DNA from: Gammaproteobacteria bacterium
GTDB lineage: Bacteria > Pseudomonadota > Gammaproteobacteria > JBIOEC01
Direction: 5' to 3'
Assembly (NCBI GenBank): GCA_965279305.1
Contig: OZ257143.1
Coordinates: 1,470,001 to 1,502,000 of the forward strand
DNA: 32,000 nt
Shown: positions 1 to 8,485 of the stretch, in pieces
Numbering within the stretch: position 1 is the first letter of the stretch
Layout: each line of letters opens with the position of its first letter
Notes under the pieces: generated by a model
Databases searched by the model: none
Told to the model about the DNA's origin: nothing
What the model saw: only the letters and a program-made list of their open reading frames with translations
Translations under genes and position numbers: made by a program

Positions 1-1824
1 AATTTGGCGGCAGGTGCTAGCTGTACTTTAAATCTAGTGATATCAGGTGCAGTGAATGGAAATGATCCTAATCCTGCAAACCATTTATTTATTTGCACCT
101 CTGATGGTACTACTTGTTCGGGTACCAATTATCCTTTAAATGTGACAGAGACCAGCGGCCCTGTAGTTCCTGTTGCCCAATATCCTATGCTAATTCCTTT
201 TAACTTTGCTCTTAATGAAAAGCTTGATATGGATGGCCCCTATGCTATCGATAGTACCACGGGTCCCTTGCCAGAAGATTTTGTGGGTAATGGTTTTTTT
301 AATGCGGTTTCTTGTGGATCGAGTAGTTGCATAGCCGTGGGGAAATATACCGCATCATCTTCAGTGGTTTATCCAATGATCGCTAAAGGTGATACCTCAG
401 GCGCTAACTGGAGTTATGTGATTGATAAAACAACGGGTACATTGCCTCCTGACTACTCTACTGGAGGAAGTTTTAATACGGTGAGTTGCTCAGGCACTAC
501 GTGCGTGGCAGGAGGGCGTTATGTTGATACAGGAACAGGTGCGTTTCTTATGATGGCAGTGAGTACGGATAGCGGAACAACATGGACGTATCCTATTAAC
601 AATACCGTTCCTACTTGGCCTGCTTCTTTTGCAAATGCTACTGCGAACGTAGCTAACTTTACCGATGTTGATTGCGTTGATGCAAACCGCTGTGTGGCTT
701 CAGGCACGTACACCGCTTCTGTTCCCACTACTACGGCTTATCCTCTAGTGGCCATAACCTCCAACGCAGGATCCACATGGAGTTATGTGATTGAAGAAGG
801 AACCGGGTTACCTGGAGATTTTGATTCGGCAGGTGCCTTTAATGGTGTGGACTGTACGGGCTCAGGAACAACCGCTGTTTGTGCTGTTGGCGGAACCTAT
901 AATAATGGCTCTTTGGTTTATCCATTGTTGGCAACCAGTGTTAATACAGGTACTGCCTGGACCTATAGAGTAAGTAGTTCTAATGCTCCTACTACTTATG
1001 GTAGTGCAGGAGTTATTAATGGCGTGGCTTGCTCAGGCGCAACCACTACTTCAACCTGTGCTGGTGTGGGTAGTTACACTAACGGTATCGCAGAGCAAAC
1101 TATGTTTTTTGCTTTAGGTGTAAACGCAGGGGCAGGATCGCCCACATGGAGTTTCCCTATAGAATCTGGGAGTGTTCTTCCTGCCAGCTATAATGCGCAG
1201 GCTAGCTTTAACGATGTCTCTTGCACAGGTGCAACGACTAGCACTATTTGTGCAGCGGGCGGTAGTTATTCGGCAGGTGGGCAACCCATACCTATGCTGG
1301 CTGTTACCATTGATAATGGAAATTCGTTTGGCTATTTTGTTGATAACAGTGCTGGAGAACCTTCTGGTACTGTTACTACAGGAGTTTTTACAGATGCTAG
1401 TTGCACACAAACCGGTGGCTCTCCACGCTGTATTTTAGGCGGACATTATACTGATGGTGGCGTGCAGTATCCCATGGTAAGTCTCAGCACCGATGGAGGA
1501 TTAACTTTCTCATATGTTGTGAAACAAGCTCTGCGTTTACCACCTGATTATGCTTCTGCAGGTAATATGGGGACCGTTCTTTGCAATAGTGCTTTTTGTA
1601 TGGCAGCAGGTGAGTATGTTAATGAAGCTACTTTTGTAAATGAAGAAAATGCATGGAATTATTGGTTGACTGAGGTTAATACCTTGCGTACGGATTATCA
1701 TCCTAAGTTACTCGCCCATGTGAATGTTCCTTTGAGCCCTATGGCTTCACTCGGAATAGCTCCGCTAGGAAATGAAAGCAGTAACGATAGCCTAATAGGA
1801 TGGTTATCTCGTTTCTTTGGATAG
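1..1824 (+). CDS. Asp-box/BNR-type beta-propeller repeat protein, Cys-rich, 5'-partial (open to window edge)
   Basis: The frame is open from nt 1 to TAG at 1822-1824. The product has about 8 tandem units with F-N-x-V-x-C...C-x-A-x-G-x-Y...Y-P-[ML]...S-x-D/N-x-G-x-[TS]-W-[ST]-Y, for example STDSGTTWTY, SNAGSTWSY, SVNTGTAWTY and STDGGLTFSY. This matches the SxDxGxTW Asp-box. Confidence 0.6.
   Translation, partial: NLAAGASCTLNLVISGAVNGNDPNPANHLFICTSDGTTCSGTNYPLNVTETSGPVVPVAQYPMLIPFNFALNEKLDMDGPYAIDSTTGPLPEDFVGNGFFNAVSCGSSSCIAVGKYTASSSVVYPMIAKGDTSGANWSYVIDKTTGTLPPDYSTGGSFNTVSCSGTTCVAGGRYVDTGTGAFLMMAVSTDSGTTWTYPINNTVPTWPASFANATANVANFTDVDCVDANRCVASGTYTASVPTTTAYPLVAITSNAGSTWSYVIEEGTGLPGDFDSAGAFNGVDCTGSGTTAVCAVGGTYNNGSLVYPLLATSVNTGTAWTYRVSSSNAPTTYGSAGVINGVACSGATTTSTCAGVGSYTNGIAEQTMFFALGVNAGAGSPTWSFPIESGSVLPASYNAQASFNDVSCTGATTSTICAAGGSYSAGGQPIPMLAVTIDNGNSFGYFVDNSAGEPSGTVTTGVFTDASCTQTGGSPRCILGGHYTDGGVQYPMVSLSTDGGLTFSYVVKQALRLPPDYASAGNMGTVLCNSAFCMAAGEYVNEATFVNEENAWNYWLTEVNTLRTDYHPKLLAHVNVPLSPMASLGIAPLGNESSNDSLIGWLSRFFG
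298..1653 (+). repeat. About eight tandem coding repeats of roughly 60 aa (about 180 nt), the propeller blades, each with a conserved Cys pair
   Basis: Blade starts are read from the translation: FNAVSC, FNTVSC, FTDVDC, FNGVDC, INGVAC, FNDVSC, FTDASC, MGTVLC. The repeats are diverged at DNA level, and the boundaries are approximate. Confidence 0.55.
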
Positions 1825-1833
1825 TATGTATGT

Positions 1834-1865
1834 ACTGTCATTCCCACAAAAGTGGGAATGACAGT
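1834..1865. terminator. Perfect 14-bp stem / 4-nt loop hairpin between convergent genes (candidate bidirectional terminator)
   Basis: ACTGTCATTCCCAC (1834-1847), loop AAAA, GTGGGAATGACAGT (1852-1865). It lies between the stop of the propeller gene (1824) and the gloB stop (1865-1867). Confidence 0.6.
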
Positions 1866-2647
1866 TACCAATGATTTCGTAATTCCCGCAAGCAAATAAA
1901 AACGTCATGCTGATTCGCATTTGATTCGAGTTCTGGAAAATCTTTTTGAAGGGTTTGAATAATATTTTGGGAATCTAATCTAAAAAAGGGATTTATTTGT
2001 TTCTCAATGCTCATTGTTGTAATAATAGGATCATGCGGATTGGCCAATTCTGCTTTTTGAATCCATTGATCAATGTCTTTATTATCAGGCTCACGTGTTT
2101 TAGCAAATCGCACATTATTCAGTAAATAATCATGTCCTGGATAAATAAGGGTGTTATCCGGCAGCTTGGATAATTGCTCATTAAATGTTTTGTATAATAA
2201 TTCTACATCACCACTATAGCAATTGCCGCAACCCGCATTAAATAAAGTATCTCCAGAAAAAAGAGCAGGGATCTTATCATTGCTTAATAAACAAATATGG
2301 CTAAGAGTATGGCCAGGAGTATCTAGAACCGTTAACTCGATAGTTTTACCGATTTTAATTTTATCACCGGCTTTTACTCGATGAGTGACGGAGTGAATAG
2401 GCGCATTGATATGGGCTGTAATGCTGGCACCTGTGCGAGAGGCTATCACCGCATTACCCGCAATATGATCTTGATGTTCGTGTGTATTAATAATATGCGT
2501 GATAGTCGAATTTTTTTCTTTAGCGAGAGCTAGTGCTTTTTCAGGATCGAGCGGATCAATAATAGCGGCTTCACGTGTTTCAGGACACACTAAGAGATAA
2601 TTATAATTTCTTAGTGTGTTTTCCTGATAGATGGAATAAATTTCCAT
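1865..2647 (-). CDS. gloB: Hydroxyacylglutathione hydrolase (glyoxalase II), MBL fold
   Basis: 260 aa. Motifs: THEHQDH metal motif, TPGHT, GDTLFNAGCG, PGHDY. The start lies 5 nt after the ahpD stop, so it is probably co-transcribed. Confidence 0.8.
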   Translation of the reverse strand: MEIYSIYQENTLRNYNYLLVCPETREAAIIDPLDPEKALALAKEKNSTITHIINTHEHQDHIAGNAVIASRTGASITAHINAPIHSVTHRVKAGDKIKIGKTIELTVLDTPGHTLSHICLLSNDKIPALFSGDTLFNAGCGNCYSGDVELLYKTFNEQLSKLPDNTLIYPGHDYLLNNVRFAKTREPDNKDIDQWIQKAELANPHDPIITTMSIEKQINPFFRLDSQNIIQTLQKDFPELESNANQHDVFICLRELRNHW

Positions 2648-2652
2648 TAAGT

Positions 2653-3186
2653 TTATCCTGCAAGCGCTTGTTCGGCATTCAAGGTAACGGATACTGCATG
2701 TACCACTGAAGCAATTCGAACAGCTGCTTGAATAGAGGCTACGCTCATATTGTGTGTGAGTAATTGTTTTTCATGTGAATCAATACACATACCACATCCG
2801 TTAATAGCAGAAACCACTAATGACCATAATTCAAAATCGCTTTTATCAACACCAGGATTAGCTAAAATATTCATACGCAAACCGGCAGGTAATTTACCGT
2901 ATTCTTTATTGCTAGCAAGGTGAATAAAACGATAATAAATATTATTCATTCCCATAATAGCGGCCGCAGCTTTAGCCGCTTGATCGGCTTCAGGGCTTAA
3001 ATGTTGTTTAGCTTCTTCGGCAATCGATTTGATAACGGTTGAATTTCGGCTAGCGATAGCAGCTGATAAAAACGAACCCCATAATTGTTGCTCGTTTAAA
3101 TCGGTAGTATTTAATAAAGAAGATAAATTTAATTTTAAATCTTTTGCGTAATCAGGCAATGCCTCTTTTAAACTTTCAATCGACAT
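2653..3186 (-). CDS. ahpD: Alkylhydroperoxidase AhpD (carboxymuconolactone decarboxylase family)
   Basis: The N-terminus [21 protein letters not shown] and the CxxC active site ([11 protein letters not shown]) fit AhpD. I moved the start to ATG 3186 because a GGAG lies 6 nt upstream. The track ORF starts at 3198. Confidence 0.8.
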   Translation of the reverse strand: MSIESLKEALPDYAKDLKLNLSSLLNTTDLNEQQLWGSFLSAAIASRNSTVIKSIAEEAKQHLSPEADQAAKAAAAIMGMNNIYYRFIHLASNKEYGKLPAGLRMNILANPGVDKSDFELWSLVVSAINGCGMCIDSHEKQLLTHNMSVASIQAAVRIASVVHAVSVTLNAEQALAG

Positions 3187-3204
3187 ATAATGCTCCATTT
3201 AATC

Positions 3205-3248
3205 ACCTCTCCCTGAGGGAGAGGTCGCCACGTGCAAAGCACGTGGCG
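3205..3248 (-). promoter_or_regulatory. Two back-to-back GC-rich hairpins in the ahpC-ahpD intercistronic spacer
   Basis: Hairpin 1 is ACCTCTCCC-TGA-GGGAGAGGT (3205-3225). Hairpin 2 is CGCCACGTGC-AAA-GCACGTGGCG (3226-3248). Both arms are perfect. Confidence 0.45.
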
Positions 3249-3259
3249 GGTGAGGGGGA

Positions 3260-3793
3260 CTAAGATAAAGTTTTTTCGCCTTGAGTCCAATTACAAGGGC
3301 ATAATTCATCTGTTTGTAAAGCATCAAGAACACGTAATACTTCTTTAGGATTACGTCCAACGCTTAAATCATTGGCTTGTACATAACGAATAATACCTTC
3401 TGGATCTACAATAAAAGTAGCGCGTAAAGGAACGCCTGCTTCATCATGTAAAATACCTAATGCAGTGCTGAGATCTCTTTTGATATCAGATACCCAGGGG
3501 AAAGGGCTATTGGCTAAACGTGCATCATTTTGGCGCCATGCTAAGTGTACAAAATCGCTATCGATTGATGCACCAATTAACTGAGCATCCCGATCTGCAA
3601 ATTCTTTGTTTAATTCACCAAAACCTACAATTTCAGTAGGGCATACAAAGGTAAAGTCTTTAGGCCAAAAGAACCAGACTTGCCATTTGCCTTTATAGGT
3701 TTCATTGGTAACCGGTTTAAAAGCCGTGTCTTTGTCGCCTACATGCACGGCGGTAAGGTTAAATAGAGGGAATTTTTGTCCAATCGATAACAT
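3260..3793 (-). CDS. ahpC: Peroxiredoxin AhpC (AhpC/AhpD-type 2-Cys)
   Basis: The peroxidatic motif DFTFVCPTE and a C-terminal CPCNW are present. I set the start at ATG 3793 (MLSIGQKFP), preceded by AAAGGAGAA. The track ORF starts at 3832. Confidence 0.85.
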   Translation of the reverse strand: MLSIGQKFPLFNLTAVHVGDKDTAFKPVTNETYKGKWQVWFFWPKDFTFVCPTEIVGFGELNKEFADRDAQLIGASIDSDFVHLAWRQNDARLANSPFPWVSDIKRDLSTALGILHDEAGVPLRATFIVDPEGIIRYVQANDLSVGRNPKEVLRVLDALQTDELCPCNWTQGEKTLS

Positions 3794-3861
3794 ACTGAGT
3801 TCTCCTTTAAGAGTTAAATAATGTATTGGCATAGGATGCCTTAGGGATGAGAATTAGGCAA

Positions 3862-3898
3862 ATTGTTTTTTTCTATAAAGCTAATAGCTTTTAGCTAT
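3862..3898. promoter_or_regulatory. OxyR-type binding site (two ATAG-N7-CTAT elements 7 bp apart) upstream of ahpC
   Basis: ATTGtttttttCTAT-aaagcta-ATAGcttttagCTAT. The second element fits ATAGnTnnnAnCTAT at every specified position. The site lies 69-105 bp upstream of the ahpC start. Confidence 0.45.
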
Positions 3899-3964
3899 CT
3901 CTTTTGAGTAGGGCTTACAGCTTAATTTTATGCTTTTTGATATAATAATCGCACTATTCTTGAT

Positions 3965-5053
3965 ATGAGAAAGCCCATGAAGTTAGATTTGGCTAGCGCT
4001 AAACAACAAGTGATTGAAATGCCTCCCGAGCATGCATTGTCTGCTGCCGAAAAACAACGCATATTTGCTGATATAGCAGCATTGTTGCGCGAAAAAAATG
4101 CCGTAGTGATTGTCCATTATTATGTAGAAGATGCCTTACAAGAGCTTGCAGAAGCTACAGGCGGGTTTATAGGAGACTCTCTAGAAATGGCGCGCTTTGG
4201 CAGAGATAATCCTGCCACCACTCTGATTGTTTGTGGCGTTCATTTTATGGGTGAAACAGCCAAAATTTTAAGCCCCCATAAACGAGTATTGGTTCCTGAT
4301 TTGCATGCCACTTGCTCATTAGATATTAGCTGTCCCCCTCAACAGTTTAGCGATTTTTGTGATGCTCACCCTGATAGAACCGTGGTGGTTTATGCGAATA
4401 CCTCAGCGGCCGTAAAAGCCCGTGCAGATTGGGTGGTCACTTCAAGCATAGCCGTTCCCTTGATTGAGCATTTGCATGGAAAAGGGGAGAAGATCCTGTG
4501 GGCTCCTGATAAACATTTAGGGCATTATCTGCAAACCAAAACTAAGGCTGATATTTTATTATGGGATGGTGCTTGTATAGTGCATGAGGCTTTTAAAGCC
4601 GAAGCCCTGCGCCAACTAAAGCAGCAATATCCCGAAGCGGCGGTGCTAGTGCATCCGGAAGCGCCTGCCGATGTATTAGCCTTAGCCGATGTGATTGGCT
4701 CTACCTCACAGCTTTTGAAAGCTTCGCAGCAATTACCGAACGATACCTGCATAATCGGTACAGAAAGCGGCATTTTCTATAAAATGAGACAATTGTCTCC
4801 CCACAAACGCTTTATCCAAGCACCCACTGGCGGCCATGGAGCCACCTGCCAATCCTGCGCTCATTGTCCTTGGATGAAGATGAACTCACTTGAAAAGCTT
4901 TATGACGTACTCAAAACGGGCTCTAATGAAATCGTGCTAGCACCTGATCTCGTTAAGAACGCTCAAGTATCTTTAGAGCGTATGTTGGGTTTTGTAAAAG
5001 AGTATCTTTCTATTGGATCTCCTACCGTTTGGGCTGTGAAAAAAGACAGCTAA
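3965..5053 (+). CDS. nadA: Quinolinate synthase NadA
   Basis: 362 aa. Typical NadA blocks are present ([31 protein letters not shown], CxxCxHCPWM). The start could be the internal Met at 3980. Confidence 0.85.
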   Translation: MRKPMKLDLASAKQQVIEMPPEHALSAAEKQRIFADIAALLREKNAVVIVHYYVEDALQELAEATGGFIGDSLEMARFGRDNPATTLIVCGVHFMGETAKILSPHKRVLVPDLHATCSLDISCPPQQFSDFCDAHPDRTVVVYANTSAAVKARADWVVTSSIAVPLIEHLHGKGEKILWAPDKHLGHYLQTKTKADILLWDGACIVHEAFKAEALRQLKQQYPEAAVLVHPEAPADVLALADVIGSTSQLLKASQQLPNDTCIIGTESGIFYKMRQLSPHKRFIQAPTGGHGATCQSCAHCPWMKMNSLEKLYDVLKTGSNEIVLAPDLVKNAQVSLERMLGFVKEYLSIGSPTVWAVKKDS

Positions 5054-5115
5054 CTTTCTTTGTTTTATCTATGTTAGAATGACCACTTATTTTTTTAAAA
5101 CGAGAGATTTGTGTC

Positions 5116-5796
5116 ATGGCACCTAAAAAATCATCAGGTAAATCAACAGTAACACCGACAAGAACACCGGCAGTAACACCGACAAGACAATCTACAAGAG
5201 AAACTACTCCTCCTGAAAGATTTGTTCCTCCTTCTAGAATTGTACCAAGGCTTAGACCTAGAGGTAGAAGAGTGGTGAGAAGCGTTTCTGCTCCCATTCC
5301 ACCTGACAGAACAGCATCACCTGTAGCTATGTCTGAGCATGCTGTTACAGAAGCCTCTTCTATGTCAACGACACCAAGTGCCATTACTCCTAGTACAACT
5401 GAGGCAGGAACTCCTGTTGATATAGATTTTGGATTTAGCATAGAAACAAGCGCTAATGAATTAACTCATAGCGCACCAGAAACCCCTCATCATGCAGCGC
5501 AGGAAGTGTCTCCACTTGATGGGCTTTTTCTGGGTTATGTAGATAGCACACAGTTTGCTGCTCATCTAGATGATGATTTTCATGGTTCTATTGGTCAATA
5601 TTCACCTGACTCAATTGATAATGCCAATGATTCTATTGCTCAATACTCAGTCGGTGCGCCAGCAGGCACTGCAAACGTTTTGACTTATTTAGATGATGTA
5701 CTTGATGAATTTAGCATGGAAGGCCAGGTTAGAACTTTATTAGCAGACGGTTTTCCTGAAGCACCTGCAGATGTTTCCACACCTGCTTTTGCTTAA
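5116..5796 (+). CDS. Hypothetical protein with a basic P/T/S/R-rich disordered N-half and an acidic C-half
   Basis: The 226-aa ORF fills the whole nadA-Rrf2 spacer. The N-terminus is MAPKKSSGKS and there are many TP/SP dipeptides. A 17-nt direct repeat (5147-5163 and 5171-5187) encodes VTPTR twice. I recognise no family. Confidence 0.45.
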   Translation: MAPKKSSGKSTVTPTRTPAVTPTRQSTRETTPPERFVPPSRIVPRLRPRGRRVVRSVSAPIPPDRTASPVAMSEHAVTEASSMSTTPSAITPSTTEAGTPVDIDFGFSIETSANELTHSAPETPHHAAQEVSPLDGLFLGYVDSTQFAAHLDDDFHGSIGQYSPDSIDNANDSIAQYSVGAPAGTANVLTYLDDVLDEFSMEGQVRTLLADGFPEAPADVSTPAFA

Positions 5797-5810
5797 ACCA
5801 GCGTTTTTTA

Positions 5811-5840
5811 TTGAATCTAGGACTACTTTAGTACTATAAT
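5811..5840 (+). promoter_or_regulatory. Candidate sigma70 promoter of the Rrf2-suf operon
   Basis: TTGAAT (5811-5816), 18-nt spacer, TATAAT (5835-5840), 34 nt before the Rrf2 ATG. Confidence 0.4.
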
Positions 5841-5873
5841 GGGCTTTCTAACTAAGCCCTTATAGACTAAATT

Positions 5874-6293
5874 ATGCTCAGAATTACCAAGCTTACCGAT
5901 TATGCCATCTTACTGATGAGCGATTTAGCTTCCTCATTCCCCGAACATCAAAGTGCTAAGGCTTTATCTTTGCATACCGGTATTCATTTGCCCACCGTCA
6001 GTAAATTGCTTAAAATCTTGCAGCGCCAGGGTTTAGTACTGTCTCATTTAGGAGCAGAAGGTGGTTACCAGTTAGCTCACCCTGCCGATAGCATTTCCCT
6101 GGCACAAATTATTGAAGCATTAGAAGGGCCTATTGCCATGACCCAATGTAATTTGGCTCATGGGCTTTGTGAACAAGAGCAAAGCTGTCATGTGCGTCCT
6201 CATTGGAAAAAGATTAATCAGGCAGTATTAACAACTCTGCAAGGGGTTTTATTACAAGACATACTCAGTAACGAAACAAGAGTACAGGTATAA
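5874..6293 (+). CDS. Rrf2-family Fe-S-binding transcriptional regulator (IscR-like) heading the suf operon
   Basis: The N-terminal w[18 protein letters not shown] is typical of the family. The Cys cluster [15 protein letters not shown] resembles the IscR ligand spacing. Confidence 0.8.
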   Translation: MLRITKLTDYAILLMSDLASSFPEHQSAKALSLHTGIHLPTVSKLLKILQRQGLVLSHLGAEGGYQLAHPADSISLAQIIEALEGPIAMTQCNLAHGLCEQEQSCHVRPHWKKINQAVLTTLQGVLLQDILSNETRVQV

Positions 6294-6298
6294 AGCGA

Positions 6299-7747
6299 AT
6301 GGCTACAGCATTAGATTTAAGTAAAAAATTAAATGAGCGGGAATATCAGCACGGATTTGTGACGGATATTGACGCGGATGAATTGCCAGCGGGTTTAAGC
6401 GAAGAGGTAGTTCGTGCAATTTCTAAAAAGAAAAATGAACCTGAATTTATGTTGGAGTGGCGCTTAAAAGCCTACCGACATTGGTTAACCATGACCGATC
6501 CCGATTGGGCCCATTTAAATATCACACTGATTGATTATCAAAAAGTGGTGTATTATTCAGCACCCAAGGCCGCCAAAGATCGTCCTAAAAGTTTAGATGA
6601 GGTGGATCCAGAATTACTCAGAACATACGAAAAACTTGGCATTCCTTTGCGTGAGCAAGAATTATTAGCAGGCGTTGCGATGGACGTAGTATTTGATAGC
6701 GTATCAGTTGCCACCACGTTTAAAGAAAAATTAGCAGAAGCTGGTGTTATATTTTGTTCTTTCTCTGAAGCCGTTCAAAAATATCCTGAGTTGATTAAAC
6801 AATATTTAGGAAGTGTGGTTCCGCATACCGATAATTTTTTTGCTGCACTGAATGCGGCCGTATTTAGCGATGGTTCTTTTTGTTATGTGCCTAAAGGTGT
6901 GCGTTGTCCTTTAGAGTTATCCACTTATTTTAGAATTAATGCAGCCAATACTGGGCAATTTGAGCGTACCTTAATTATTGTAGAAGAAGGCGGATATGTT
7001 AGCTATTTAGAAGGTTGCACAGCACCTATGCGTGATGAAAACCAATTACATGCAGCCGTGGTTGAATTAGTGGCTTTAAAAGATGCTCGAATTAAATATT
7101 CTACTGTACAAAATTGGTATCCGGGAGATAAAGCGGGTATTGGTGGTATTTATAATTTTGTAACCAAACGCGGTGATTGCCGCGGTGATAATGCCAAAAT
7201 TTCATGGACTCAGTTAGAAACCGGCTCAGCGATTACCTGGAAATATCCTAGCGTGATTTTACGCGGTGATAATAGCGTAGGCGAGTTTTATTCGGTTGCG
7301 CTCACTAATAATTATCAGCAAGCCGATACCGGAACGAAAATGATTCATATCGGTAAAAACACGCGTAGTACTATTATTTCAAAAGGGATTTCAGCCGGTC
7401 ACGGACAAAATACGTATAGAGGCTTAGTTAAAATTTTAAAGAAAGCCGAAGGCGCTAAAAACTTTACTCAATGTGATTCTTTATTAATTGGCGATCAGTG
7501 TGGTGCTCATACTTTTCCGTATATTGAAGTGAAAAATGCTACTGCACAAGTGGGGCACGAAGCAGCAACAACTAAAATAGGTGAAGATCAGTTGTTTTAT
7601 TGTAAGCAGCGCGGCATCGATACAGAAAACGCCGTGTCTATGATAGTCAATGGTTTTTGCAAAGCCGTATTTAGAGAGCTTCCGATGGAATTTGCCATGG
7701 AAGCACAAAAATTATTAGAAATCAGTTTAGAAGGAGCAGTAGGCTAA
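6299..7747 (+). CDS. sufB: Fe-S cluster assembly scaffold SufB
   Basis: 482 aa with conserved SufB blocks ([20 protein letters not shown]). Its position is directly upstream of sufC. Confidence 0.9.
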   Translation: MATALDLSKKLNEREYQHGFVTDIDADELPAGLSEEVVRAISKKKNEPEFMLEWRLKAYRHWLTMTDPDWAHLNITLIDYQKVVYYSAPKAAKDRPKSLDEVDPELLRTYEKLGIPLREQELLAGVAMDVVFDSVSVATTFKEKLAEAGVIFCSFSEAVQKYPELIKQYLGSVVPHTDNFFAALNAAVFSDGSFCYVPKGVRCPLELSTYFRINAANTGQFERTLIIVEEGGYVSYLEGCTAPMRDENQLHAAVVELVALKDARIKYSTVQNWYPGDKAGIGGIYNFVTKRGDCRGDNAKISWTQLETGSAITWKYPSVILRGDNSVGEFYSVALTNNYQQADTGTKMIHIGKNTRSTIISKGISAGHGQNTYRGLVKILKKAEGAKNFTQCDSLLIGDQCGAHTFPYIEVKNATAQVGHEAATTKIGEDQLFYCKQRGIDTENAVSMIVNGFCKAVFRELPMEFAMEAQKLLEISLEGAVG

Positions 7748-8484
7748 TGTTATTAAATATTCAAGATTTGCATGTGAATGTAGATGGAAAAGCCATTCTG
7801 AATGGGCTTAACCTTCAAATTAATGAAGGTGAACTTCATGTGTTAATGGGGCCGAATGGTTCTGGTAAAAGTACTTTAGCTAATGTATTAGCTGGGCGTA
7901 GTGATTATGAAGTGATCTCGGGAACTATTGAATATAAAGGTCAAGATTTACTTAGCCTGTCGGTAGAAGAACGTGCACAAGCCGGTGTTTTTCTGGCTTT
8001 TCAGTATCCTGTTGAAATTCCCGGTGTAAGCAATATCAATTTCTTAAAAGCCTCTGTTAATGCGGTTAGAAAAGCGCAAGGTAAAGAGGAATTAGATGCG
8101 GTTTCTTTACTAAGCCAAGCGAAACAAAAAATGGCGGCACAAGGATTAGATCCAGATTTTTTATACCGTTCAGTGAATGAAGGTTTTTCGGGCGGCGAGA
8201 AAAAGCGTAATGATTTAGTGCAAATGCTAATGCTTGAGCCTTCTCTTGCGATTTTAGATGAAATTGATTCGGGTTTAGATGTGGATGCTCTTCAAATGGT
8301 TGCTAAAGGCGTAAACGCTATGCGGGATGAACATAGAGGATTTTTACTCATTACCCATTATCAGCGTATTTTGAATTTTATTATTCCGGATTACGTACAT
8401 ATTTTTTCTCAAGGAAAAATCGTAAAATCAGGCGGAAAAGAATTAGCGTTAACCGTAGAAGCAGAAGGTTACACAGGGTATTAA
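7747..8484 (+). CDS. sufC: Fe-S cluster assembly ATPase SufC
   Basis: Walker A GPNGSGKST, ABC signature FSGGEKKR, Walker B LAILDEIDSGLD. The start overlaps the sufB stop. Confidence 0.9.
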   Translation: MLLNIQDLHVNVDGKAILNGLNLQINEGELHVLMGPNGSGKSTLANVLAGRSDYEVISGTIEYKGQDLLSLSVEERAQAGVFLAFQYPVEIPGVSNINFLKASVNAVRKAQGKEELDAVSLLSQAKQKMAAQGLDPDFLYRSVNEGFSGGEKKRNDLVQMLMLEPSLAILDEIDSGLDVDALQMVAKGVNAMRDEHRGFLLITHYQRILNFIIPDYVHIFSQGKIVKSGGKELALTVEAEGYTGY

Positions 8485-8485
8485 T

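Noticed and set aside
519-1438. Track ORFs 519-728(-), 791-973(+), 1114-1410(-) and 1172-1438(+) inside the propeller gene
   Set aside because: They are off-frame or antisense shadows of a long, strongly patterned CDS, with low-complexity products and no RBS context.
1834-1865. The hairpin contains ATTCCC-N8-GGGAAT, the same pattern as the Neisseria dRS3 repeat
   Set aside because: There is a single copy in a non-Neisseria context, sitting exactly between convergent stop codons. A plain terminator hairpin explains it, and the dRS3 resemblance is probably coincidental.
1698-1895. 65-aa minus-strand ORF spanning the propeller gene 3' end, the terminator hairpin and the gloB 3' end
   Set aside because: It overlaps two better-supported genes and a hairpin. 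I judge it not coding.
4525-4773. 82-aa antisense ORF within nadA
   Set aside because: It lies entirely inside a well-supported conserved CDS on the opposite strand.
5022-5441. 139-aa minus-strand ORF antisense to the TP-rich ORF and overlapping the nadA 3' end
   Set aside because: Its G/V/L-rich composition is typical of an antisense shadow, and it overlaps the nadA stop. The plus-strand ORF is longer and fills the spacer. The choice between the two still needs expression data.
7484-7708. 74-aa antisense ORF in sufB
   Set aside because: It is a shadow ORF inside a conserved gene.
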